Assembly: GCA_910592345.1 (NCBI GenBank)
Contig: CAJVPI010000207.1
Span: forward strand, 1 to 42,502
Direction of reading: 5' to 3'
Length of the DNA: 42,502 bases
From: Paraglomus brasilianum
Lineage: Eukaryota
The notes under the pieces are model-generated. The model was not told the DNA's origin. It worked only from the letters and a program-made list of their open reading frames with translations, and searched no databases. The position numbers and the translations under genes were made by a program. Below are positions 11,486-23,613 of this stretch, piece after piece; position 1 is the stretch's first letter, and each line of letters starts with the position of its first letter.

Positions 11486-12306
11486 CACAATGAACCTGGA
11501 TATAACGAAATTTGACTATAACGAAATTTGATTATAACAAAGTTTTTTTGATGTCCCGAATTTTTGTCTAATAAAATTTCCTGGATATAACAAAGTTAAT
11601 TAGGAAAACCTGGTTACTGGCTATGACGAAGTTTTAAATCTGTCAACTAATAAGAATATAACGAAGTTTTTCGATAACGAACTTCACTGTATTATAATAA
11701 AGTTTGTTATAATTTCGATAATTTTTACCATTATTAGTGAAATTAGTAAATATGCGTACCACAATTCTTGTCATCCCCAACTCACGAAACTTCATATTTA
11801 AAGTCTAAATCTCATATGTTTGTATTGACTCTTATCAAGATGACGCGACAAAACTTATTAAGAACAAACGCCGTGCACTTAGGGGCATCGGAAAAAATTA
11901 TCGCCAAATAAAAAAAGACAATCCTTCAATTAAAGAGCCGATTTAGCGAAACAGTTCGGATGTGCTATACCATCAGCCAGTGAAATTTTGTCGAATAATG
12001 ACTTTCTGGCTTAATATTGATGAGAATTCCCACCACTAGTACACGTCAAAGTAATTTTCCTAATATAGAAGAGATTTGGGTAGAAAATGCAGTCAGCGAC
12101 AAAGTGACTCAATAAATTAAAGTTGCTTTAGTCTAAAATTCATTATCATTACCATCGAAATTGGCGGGTATACAAATGGCACGTGATTGACCCGTTTATA
12201 ACGAAGCTACAAGGGAATTGTATAAGACTTCCTTATAAAGAGGAAACCTGGATATAGTGAAGAAAGTGCTGGAACAGACCACTTCGTTATATCCAGGTTC
12301 ACTGTG
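11486..12306 (+). mobile_element. Internally deleted pogo/Tigger-type DNA transposon (821 bp)
   Basis: TA|CACAATGAACCTGGATATAACGAA ... TTCGTTATATCCAGGTTCACTGTG|TA is a 24-bp TIR with 1 mismatch. There are multiple subterminal TATAACGAA(G/A) motifs. A frameshifted CENP-B-like HTH relic lies at ~11860-12110 (KNKRRALR..KKDNPSIK/ADLAKQFGCAIPSASEILSNND/WLNIDEN/RQSNFPNIEEIWVENA). No DDE domain remains. Confidence 0.88.
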
Positions 12307-13878
12307 TATATGACAAACTATATGGTCCCTGTCTTTAATAATTTGTACATATTAATATACATGAAAAATTCCAGCTAGTATCGAGTTCCTATAAAAATGT
12401 TGCCCAGGATATCGTTGGTTATACAAGACAGTTTCTTTATAAATACATTTGGGTTTCTAATTAATCGTTAAAATAAAAAAAAACTTTTATGAAATTGAGC
12501 TCTGTCTCATTTTCTCATTGCGGAAACGCCTGTAGAACAAAGAGCATCATCGAAACAGTTGAACAGTAGAACATACATCAGTATTTAGAACGCTATTTCT
12601 AGTAAAATACATGGTGCGGGTTTAACAGTGACGGTAATGTTAACAATGAAATAATAGACGTTGGAATAAATCCTCGAGAAGCGACCTGACATCGGATATT
12701 AAGATAAACTGCCGCAATGAATGATATGACGAAGAGACGTTTCATATGAATTACGTGTATTTATTAAAGGATACATGATTTATTATATACATATTATTGT
12801 TATATTGTTGTTATTTGTAATTAAAAATATATTTGATATTCGCTAAACTTGAACTGCAAAAATTTTACTTGGCCTGTCTAAAACTAGTGTCCCCAATACT
12901 ATTATTTCCCCACCAATTGTCTTTCCCACCATGAGCCATACATAGAAAACGGTCTAAACACCACGGGGCCCCCGGCCCCCCTTCTCCCATTCTCTCTCAG
13001 TAAACCCTAATCATAAACCCCCTCCCTCCGCCCGGTTAAATAAAATTTTTTTTTCTACTCTAAAATGAACCTCATTCCATCGTAGTTGTTGATGTGTGTT
13101 TGGGTGCGTCACCCCCCCAACAGGCTCAGCCATACTGCCGCTCAATCGTAGGTAAAACGGAGGATTCCTCCTCCAGCCGTAGTAAATTTATAATTTAATT
13201 CGAAACTACGTTTTCTTTACGTAGTTCGCCGACAGGCCTTGCAGTTAAAAACCGTTGTCGTATAGAACGGGGCGTAAGTCCACCTCAACAAATAAACGTA
13301 TATTCGTTCGTATACCCGAGGTGGAAGAAGCAAAAGCGTCGACGTGAAATTTGATAATTTAGTTTGTAATAAAAACTTTGTGTGAAAGTTTGCAAGTTGA
13401 ATATTGTATATTAACATTTTGTTGTTATTAGCATGTTGGGTGTGGTGTTTTAACTTTTCAATGGCGAAATTGAGTGAAAGTGTGCTATTTTATAGATCTG
13501 CCGATGTGAGAACAAACGGGGACTTTACGTTACACCTGACAGTGGTCTCTTTGGGGTGACATGCTTTGGTCATACGTTCCCATTGGTTTTCATTATCTAT
13601 TGACCTGCGACTTGCATGTGGTGATTCAGCCACTTAACTGTGTTCGCTTCTTTTGGATATTCTCTGTTGCCCATGGGGTCTTTTGACTTCTTCTGACTCG
13701 TGCACGATGATAGGACATTGCATATTTATCACGCCAATCATTGCGAATCATATGCCAATGATAAGGGAAATTGTTAAAGGGCTTATTATTTCAAGAATGT
13801 AAAAATGTAAACGTGCACGAATGAGCATTTAAAGTGTGTATACGCACACGATTCTGAGAAGTCGGTTTCATCTTTAAT

Positions 13879-13924
13879 CATCCTTGACGTTCTTCTTTAA
13901 ACATCCTTGACGTTCTTCTTTAAA
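13879..13924. repeat. 23-bp perfect tandem duplication
   Basis: CATCCTTGACGTTCTTCTTTAAA at 13879-13901 and 13902-13924. Confidence 0.9.
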
Positions 13925-15760
13925 GAGGTATTCGGAAAAGTCTGCAATTGCTCCGGGCTTGTTATAGTTAGATGGATGCATTTCGATAAGTTGGCCTTAC
14001 GCGACATAGTGCAACTTGCAAGAATCCGCTCGACTCGATAAAAATAGGTTGTGGTATAATCTCTCTCACACACAAGCAAGCAAGTCATACAACCGTAAGG
14101 AGGTGAGCTTCTATTATAAAAGTATAATATAATCGCAATCAATCAATGAGATCAAAAAAAGCCATTCAACCAACTGCATACTATTGAAACCCAAATCGGT
14201 GCTAATGTCTTTCATGCAATGAACGGGAATGTATACAAGATTGTACCGTTCCATAATCGCATTGGCAGGGATTCTGGTATAATTCTTGGAAAGAAAAGGA
14301 ATATTTATCAATCGAAACTAAGCACTGAAGATAATAAAAAACGTACATCCATTTTCAACATACCATATATAAACTTTGTATGCATTTATATTATTAAAGC
14401 TAAATTTACATTATATTCGATAGGAAATTCTTTTCTCGAATATATACTGCGCATTTTTGATGAGGTTCAATTAGTCATGCCTACTCAAATGTTGTTTACT
14501 TGAGTCATTTTTCTAAGTGGATGCGATCTATCCATAGACCACGTTCCATTTTTTGCGAAGCGAAGATGAAAAGATATTCACAATATCGAATAATTGGTTA
14601 TATTCTCATCTCATGACATAATATCAGGCCGCAGATCCTTGGATGAAACAAATACCCAAATATTGATACAGGATGAGTTACTGTTCCCTGGAAACTTTTA
14701 GCGTGGAAGAATATTTACCCGCCATCACTAAGATTAATTCTCGAATATAACCATACCAAGCGCCGATGACTCATAACCTGCTTGAGTAGGCAAACTACGG
14801 CAAAAAGTGAGCGCGGGCATTTTAAAGTGTACCAGAATATCCAATACAATGACGTACCATTAAGTACCCGACCTTGAGATATTAATCCTGATATCTCAAA
14901 ACCCAATGTCTGCATAGGTTCTTCTGAATCTACAATAGAAATACAGGCATAAATGAACAAGTAGCATTAGTATATATCTAATACGAATAGCACAGACATA
15001 GTCATTTTGTGTTCATCCACTGACCCGATGTCTTTTCCTCGTATAAATGAGTCTGCCTCCGTAATAAGAATCTATAGTTGCTGCTTTGCATTGTCATTGC
15101 GGATTTTGAGAGATTACTGAGCGCATACGTGAATAACTGCTTATCGATCGATAGGTCCGTCCTTTTTGATTGATCAACAATGTAATCATAGTAAACAATA
15201 TAAATATACATGATATCATTATATACAGTTTGATATGACAATATACATCGATCACGCCACATACGGGAATTCATCCACAGTCCAAGTGTCTTCTCAATGA
15301 AATGGGGCCTTCGTGTCTGCAGTATATTTTTAAAAGAAAAATGTTGTGAAGCCTTCAATATTCAAACTACGCAGTTTTGCGTAAGCTGCTTAAGGCATGA
15401 GACTTGTCGTTCGATTTGACAGGGAATTGTAAATTCTTCACGCTCGCTTGAGTGCTCCCTTCAAGCATAAAACGCCCATGTAAACGACAACGTTGGATTA
15501 GTTTAGCTGCGCAACGATTCTGATATAACGCATGTTTCTTAAACAAGAACATTTTTGAATACCTTAGATTCAATATATGTTTGTCATTCGATCTTCATCA
15601 CAATTCCGTGCTTTCTCTTAGTTCGCAAGCTAACAAATCGGAGTAGGATTAATGATATGCGCTCGTGATGCGAGAGCAGAATTGGATTGACATTCTTTGA
15701 CATAGAAGCTAACTTGAGTTGCGATTTCGGAGCTCGTTAAAACCACATGGATTTAGCCAT
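13880..15760 (-). pseudogene. Probable decayed multi-exon gene, product unrecognised
   Basis: On the minus strand, GC-richer blocks alternate with AT-rich segments bounded by GTATGT/GTACGT/GTATGC donors and pyrimidine-rich ...AG acceptors. All frames carry stops and no family motif was recognised. Confidence 0.3.
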
Positions 15761-16419
15761 TTACCTTATTTAATTATTTATCGCACTTTGTAAAGCTCTA
15801 TTATGATACAGACAACTTCTACAGCCCGGCGTGAGATTTTGAAATTTCTTCCTTAATGGTTTCTAGAATCTCGGAACTGCGTCTCATAATCTTTGCAGAA
15901 AATTTAGGCGCTGACACAAAACAATGATTCTGAGCGAGCATTAATTTCTAAACCACCGAGTCCAGCACAAACAGAATCGAGTTGCCAGGTCCTTAAGTGT
16001 TATCATGACAGTGGCTCCAAGCCTCGTTCTCACAATTCCTTCAGGCGTTACAAGATTTCTAAGTAGAGATTGATTGATCTTTTGTGTAAGTTGCTTAAGA
16101 TATTTTAGCACTTTATAGGCGAGAAAAGAATTTATATAGCCGTAGTTCTTGAACTAGATTCTTTATTTACTAAAAAAGTGTGCATCCTACTTACGTCTTC
16201 TGCTATTGAGGAGATGTACAAAGAACCCGGCGTAACATGAGTTTCGAGATAAATCAGTCAGGCTTGTCAGTGATAACAGCGATAATAAGGCTTCTTTCTA
16301 GATGAGAGTGACGGCTTTAATCATAATGCATACATTCAAGAATGATACAATAAAAACTCTTTGCGATAAATCAGTATGAGACCCCCGCCATGGTCACAGT
16401 ATCTATCGACCAAATTTAC

Positions 16420-16610
16420 AATGCCAACAGTGCAATTTAGGGCCATGTCAAACGAGATGAATGCCAACAATCCCACTTACGTTTAATGTCGCCGTCCATA
16501 AATGTTAATAATTCGATTTAAGATTAATGTATCAACCGAAATGAACCGAAATAAATGCCAACAATTCGATTTAGGGACCGTCCAGTATGCAAAAATTCGA
16601 TTCCGGGTTA
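16420..16610. repeat. Degenerate ~40-bp tandem repeat
   Basis: Variants of AATGCCAACAATTCGATTTAGGG start at 16420, 16460, 16501, 16554 and ~16587. Confidence 0.7.
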
Positions 16611-18539
16611 ATCTTTTAATTAAACTGAAAAACAGTGACCGTCTTATGAACTGTCAAATCACTGCGTGATCCACGAATTAATTCGTTCCACAACAATCAC
16701 ATGATATACGAATATGAACAGCTAAAAATAGTCGGTAAATCATGCCGTTCTAGAATTTTCAAACATTGATAATGGAATATCAATATTAATATATGATCGA
16801 GTATATTATTAAAACGGGAGAATAATATCGATATTAATATACCGTCCTCATTTAATTTTCGATTTGTACGACAACCTACGAAGATTTAATTTACGTGCTA
16901 TTTATGTTGAATTATAAATACTTGTTTAATATGCTTCGAATCAATCAAAGTACCCAAGAATTCTGACTTGATTAAAATGAATGTTGCAATATTGGCTTTC
17001 ATAAGCACTCAGAGATTATGAATTACATTACTGTCGATGCCATGGATGGGAACAGACAATTAAAAGCAATGTTTTAACCACTCTGTCTACGATATTTGTA
17101 ACAAGTCTCTTGAAACTTATACTGCAAACTACACCTGACTTTAATATAGCGCACGGTCCTTACACTGTATGGGGATTGATTATTTCCAGTAAATGGGCTG
17201 TTATTATCATAAACCAGAGGCGTAGTGATTAGAACGCAGCTACGTTTGCGAGCATTAGTAACAGCAGCGGTGGTGGGGAGTAACATTTTATGTGGCAATT
17301 CGGAGTAGCGGGAACTTCTCCCTTGCAACAATCGCTACTTCAATATTTTTCTCCAAGCTTTTTTTTTTTCATACAATTTATTTCTAAAATTATCTGTAAC
17401 TTGTTTGCCCACATCGGCCAATTTAGGCGTATCAGAAAAATAAAAATATTCCTGAAAGGGTATAAAATTAAGAGATCATTGATAAACGGTGGCATTGGTT
17501 TAGGTTTTGTCGTCTCAAATTCGGGAAGCTTTCAAATGGAATAGAAATAATATCAGTTGTAATTCCACACTCCGGATCATATTTTATGCAAAACTAGAGT
17601 AATCCATTACGCGTCACAATCTTTCCCATTTAGGTTTGAAAACGCGTACAGTTTACCTTTTACCTTTTTGTACTAACCAATTTGTACTTTTTCAAGTTTA
17701 TCGCTTGGACAACTTAGATCGAGAAAAATGGATGAGACAGCTGAAGAGAGTTTGTAGAACCTTTTAGGTATGGTAAGCTTTGCACTGTTCGAAACTGTAG
17801 GTATAACTAAGAAAATATTTATGTAGGAATCCAAGACGGGGGATCCAATATACAGTATATACCCCGATCGATGCCAATAATGACAATCTGGTATGAATTC
17901 CTTCATGTTTGGGGTGTCTACGTCACATTGTCGAGGGGATGAATTCCGAGAAGGTTGCAATAATCCAAAGTCTCCATTTATGATAATTAAACAATATCAT
18001 GATTTTTGATCACATCATCGTCATTGAAGAACTTCATGCTGGAATTCTTTTTCCATGTCGGACACAATGTGTTATATGTTATGGATGCTTGGGATTATTG
18101 GAAGGAAGCAGACAAAATAAATTGGAGTTTAGAGGCGATGATGATTCCATTTTTCCATTTTTACAACCTCTGCTTTAGCTGTTATCATGCTCCAGATCTT
18201 TCCATGAAGAGGTTGATGTTTACAGATTATATGAATAGTTGTGGAAATTTGCTTTGTATCGCTTAAATTGAACTGTTTGGCTCATTCTAATATGCAGTCG
18301 TACCTATCTATTTGCGTAAAGGTAGTTGACCCGTTTATTAAGCACCACCAGCATATATAGGCACACTGTTACTATAAAAAGAACAGCCAGAATACACTAT
18401 TTCGTATTGAAGCGACGGGAAAGAGACATTAGCGAAGAGACCTAAATTTCGGATTTCCATCCATTCTACATCCCACTCCCCACTGGTTGCGTATAAAATC
18501 GAATCATCACGCAAAAGCAATGTTTTTGCGTGTAGCTAC

Positions 18540-21500
18540 ACTCGTAAATGAGAAAAGTGATCTAAAAGGCGTAGGTGAATAAATTGCATATTGGATCGAG
18601 TGCCGCCGTGTGATGGTTAGTGGAATTCGCCCTTGTGGTGCTTGGATTTCGTTTTTCGTCTAAAGTTGATCATTTTTGCGTGTGGACATAATTGACAAAT
18701 TCTGTACGTACGTTGACTGCTGGTTCGGCTCTCTGTTGGGTTTTTATCCATACCATAACGACAATTTCCCGTTTGGATTAATTTCAGTATTAGCGTACAG
18801 TAATTTCGCCTTTGGAAGATACTTCACTGTATGGTTTTCCATCAACGGAACATTAGAACAAACTGATGAAAGAAGGGTGGAAAAGACTGACGGAGAGATA
18901 TTACATAAAAATCAAAAAGATACCGGCATTCGAGGTTTATACAATTACTTCTATCTTACTGACCCTGCTTACGTGAATATCAAGCTTCCTCGGTATGCAT
19001 TACATTAGCCAATCGGTTGTTGATGGGCGTGGAAACAGATCTGGTCGAGTGGCCGGCGTGTTTTAATATTCGTGGCCTTGGATTTTGCTCTTGAATGAAG
19101 GTTGAGAAGACGACTTAGGGTTGTTATATTAGTCACATTTGTCATTATTAACATTACTGCGTGATTACTATTCAACAGCGATTTTCCATTATTTTCTCTC
19201 CCAATCCAAGCCGTCAATATTTCACAATTTCGATCATGATTTCGCATTGCCTCAATCTCCTCCACCACCATTAACAATCTTCCATCCCAGCCTGATTATT
19301 AATGATGTTGCTGAGGATATGCTCCGGTTGGTTGAGGAATTCACGGTTTGATAAAGCTTGAATTTTCGGATACGTCGCGGGATAACGATTGTGATGGGGA
19401 TGAAGACTGAAAAGTGTATATGGATGTAAGAGATAAGTAAATATGTATTATTGACTTATTACATCCCGTCATGACGGGAGCAAATTCAGATGAATATTTC
19501 TCAGTATTTTATCGACTAGAAAGAGTAATTGTGCAAGTTCAAAATAAAGTATATATTAAAAGTTTATTACACACCCCATGACAAGAACTTTGAACACATT
19601 CCGCACTTGATAGGCGCGTTCTAATAAACTGCCACACATATTTTGCATTTGATTAGTCACTTCACACATAGTTATCCGTCGTCAGACGAGGAACATCATT
19701 AGTTGAGCATGAAACGAAGAGTGGACCCCCTCCCAATATTTCTGTTTTCATTGCCATATGTTTATGTAACCCGGGGGTGATGTGTGAACATAGAGAAGAC
19801 TGGGGATAATGCCGTTGAGATGATAAATGCAGGTTGGACCATTAGGCCGACGTGCAGGCGATGGGAGATGATGTCTGCATAGGGGTTGATGTAAGCAAGA
19901 TATCGTAAACATTTTTGTCGAGGACTATGTTTTGTTATCAATATACTGCTATGGAAGCCGCTGTGATTTTATCTTTATTGCGGTTTCCCAGTACTTTATC
20001 TCCATTACATCACTCTGTTGGTTTCAATGGCTATTTCCAGCATTGTCTAAACTACCTCTACCGTAGAAACATTCCTAACTCCATGTCCTTCCACTTGACT
20101 TTGCTGAATGGCGTTTGTTGGCTGTTTGCTGTTATTGACATACCTCTTCAACCGGTTAAGCAGTAACTCATTCTTCGCGGATAATCTGCACAGACAACAA
20201 TTCTATTTTCGTTTATAGATTTCAGTCTTCATCTTATATCCTCCCGAGCATACGCTTTCACTATTTGATTTCTATCAGCGAAAACAGAAGAGCATTAGAA
20301 TAAAGCCGTGAACCTGAAGCGAAGGAAAAGGGTAATAGAAGGGCTTTGGAAGATATTACCATCAGCATCGAAAAGTATCTTTGCCTACCTTCGAGATAGT
20401 ATGGCCAATTTCCATCTCCACACTTGCTTGCACAATCAAACTCACCGTATAGAGATGACGCTACCCAGTGCAGATGATGGATTCGACGCGAGAATGAGTG
20501 ATTTATGTATGTGGATGGTTAGAACGCTGATCGGGTCGAGCGGCCAATTTGTGGTGATAGTCGGCATAATTCGTGACCCTTGGATATGTTGATGCGGCGT
20601 CTGTATAGGTATATGCAGGTCATGGTAAATATATAGAATTGAGACAGACGGATTATTAATATTGCTCGTAATATTTCTTTTCCATTACCAACACCCACTC
20701 AAATAATCGTTTTTTTCGCATCGTTTCTAAACTTGTATCATCCGCCACCTCCATCAGTGTTATCCCAATTCACTCATTCTGCCACTTAGTGTTACCGGTG
20801 TTGCTACTGAGTTGTTTGCTGATATTTATATTCCTCTTCAGCTGATTAATTTTCCGTTTATTGAGAATGCTGGTAATTCTATACCTCAAAAGATCCATTA
20901 TTCATTGCTTGATTCGTCATATTCTTCGTTCTCGTCTAGGTTCTTGTCACAATCACAGACGGTTGAGGCGAGCCGGTTAACCTGAATCAAACAGAATAGT
21001 TGACGCAAAGATCAAAACAAATCTTTTTTAATGTAAATAACAGGCATACACATACTAATACTATACATAGTTATGGATTCTCTTTCGCATTCCGGTTATC
21101 TCCCGTGCACATTAGTTGTAATAAATTTGGCATTTTCGACATCCAAATTTTCATCCGCGGAACAACAAGACATAAAAATAAAGTCATGCACATAGAGCAC
21201 TAGACAATGAAAGAGTGACGAAAAGTATTACAATCAAGATCGAGTCCGTATTCCATATCTATCCACATCCTTGATGCATACACATCACGTACGAGTAAGT
21301 AGCGTTGCCGTACAGATTAATTCGCGGATGGAATGAAATGTGGATAGAGTGATAGAGGATATGTAGGATGTAGATGGGATCGTAGTGATTGGCTTGTGTC
21401 GTTCGTGCCTTGTAATGTTGAATTGTGGTTTCGTCCGATATGATGTCTGTACAGACAAGCAGAATGTTGTGATTCCCATGATTTTTGTATTGAAAATTCA

Positions 21501-21720
21501 TCCGTTCAACGGCTACCAAACATCGAACAACTGTTTCTCTCGCGTTGTTTTCAAACTTTCTCCATCACTTCCGACTCTATAATATTCCCAATTCTATACT
21601 TACTTCCCACTTAATTGTCGCCCGTCGTGTGCAATTGTCGTAATTAGTGTTTTCGCCTCGTTCGACAGAACCTTCGCGACTTCGTGATGGCTTGTGATGT
21701 AGATTGTATGTTCATCAAAC
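18540..21720 (-). pseudogene. Decayed tandem array of duplicated exon-intron cassettes (~0.6-0.85 kb period)
   Basis: Paralogous exon-like blocks 21446-21293 (154 nt) and 20600-20446 (155 nt) each run from CAG|AC to a GT donor, and a third acceptor is at 19874. Shared TTCAG|GTT acceptors are at 20981 and 20313. 21523-21558 and 20699-20734 are 26/36 identical. A recurring (L/Y)DPI-like peptide lies near 21380, 20535, 19045 and 18595. Confidence 0.5.
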
Positions 21721-23613
21721 CAGTAAGGAAATTTGTGCAGTACAAGGTTATTCGAATTCAACAACACAATCTTTTCTTTCATTAATGGTATGAATTACGA
21801 TTGATTGGAAATCTTAAAGGAAGTAGTAAAATCAGGCCACTGTTTCTCTACATCTTGTTATAGCATTCAACTGCATTGCAGCATGCTTTATTCCTCGGCC
21901 GATTGTATTGGCAATGTATTTTAATAAGGATTTTAGCTTGTATCACTTGACATAATGTACATTTATGCTCGACAGAGGGTGGCTATTATCGTAGTACAAG
22001 ACTCATCTACAGTAATCATGTTTTCTTTATCAGGCAAGTTGTTATAGCGTTTATGTCGACCAGCCCAATACTACCAAAGCACTATGCAGAGTGCAGAGTA
22101 TAAAAAACCTTCAAATTGATACCCATGCGTTGTTATGTAAACCAATTAGGGAAAACCCTGACATTGTACATACATTTGATATCTAAAGATAATATCATTC
22201 GCCTGTTGCAGTGTGAACAAATAAATAAAATAACGGGAATCATAATAGACAATAATGGGAAGACACTATTATGACTTGCGATTATTATTGCTAGTTGGGG
22301 GGGGGGGGTGACGAGTGGTAACGAATAATATGACTATTATTAATGGAGAAAACTACGGATTTCTGGGTCCGATTAAGATGATTTGTTGAACAGTCACCAA
22401 ACCATCTTATGCATTGCATCACAATAGTCTATTCATTCCACAAATAGTTTCTCACGAATTTCCATACTTTATAAATAATGAACACACCGATCGATTAAGT
22501 TACTATTTTCGTTTGCTCGCTAGACAAGTCGATTCACATACCAACCTCTACAAACAAAATGATTAAACACATAGTTTTTTTGTTACTTCTCTTCTTAACG
22601 TGCGCAATAATAAGTGGCTCGGTCTGTGCAGAAGAGGTCGATAGCGTCACTTCTTGCACAAATAGGTAATCGATTCGAGTACTACTTGTTAGTATGCTTG
22701 TATACAGTATCTACAGCATAAACACTCGCTTTTCGTCTTTACTAGCAAACGATTACCAGAGGCGGTTTCTTCGACCGTTATTCGATGGGACCCTCCTACT
22801 GTGACTATAAAATTGATATTTTACTCACCACAATCAAGGTAAGAATAATTTCATTTGGAACGCTAAGCGATTCTAATTAATGTATTATAACTTGTGTATA
22901 GACTTTAATTTGAGCACGTGGTATCGATAACCATACTAATTTTCATTCAACAAAAACAGGTTGTTGACTAAATTTAACTTTTACAATAATGTCGTTATTC
23001 CCATCAGCATCCTTGTTACCATGTTTTTCGGTTTTCTCTTCGTCACCTCGTTAACCAGACGGGTTGTTTACGTTTTATATAACAACCTGTTGGACTTTTT
23101 GTTTTATTGCGCTTTGGGATATTTTTAGAATCGTTTACGCAAAATTTAGATTAGATTCTCGGATGTCTTACTGGATTAAGCCCATTCTTTTCAAACAAAT
23201 AATATAATATGTATTAAATGTACACTTTAATAAATAGCATCAGTAATAATGATTTGATTTTTACAAATCGTTATACGAAATGCGCCATTTCAATATGATT
23301 TAATATTACTACAAGTCTTTTCGTATTTTCAAACTTCAATGACTTTATTATGCAAAGCAGTAAATCTGACCAAGCTTTAAAGTCCACTGCAGCGAACATT
23401 AAGTGTCTATTTAATATATCTTTAGTATAGACATTCTGATTGTTGAATTCTTTACAAATGACACGAGTATGAAATACTAAAAGATACACACATATGCATA
23501 TCACAGTATACTTGTATAACCGTGCAGGAAATGGTTTAAAAAAAATAATAAAAGGTCAATCAGAAACTAGATATATACAACTAATTAAAAAAGAAAGGAA
23601 ACTCGCTATTACA

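Noticed and set aside
17940..17990. Protein kinase relic (GDFGLLQP on the minus strand)
   Set aside because: Isolated DFG-like word with no HRD, VAxK or APE motifs at suitable spacing.
22275..22288. Poly-G tract (also poly-C near 2403 and 5326)
   Set aside because: Simple homopolymers with no associated structure I can support.
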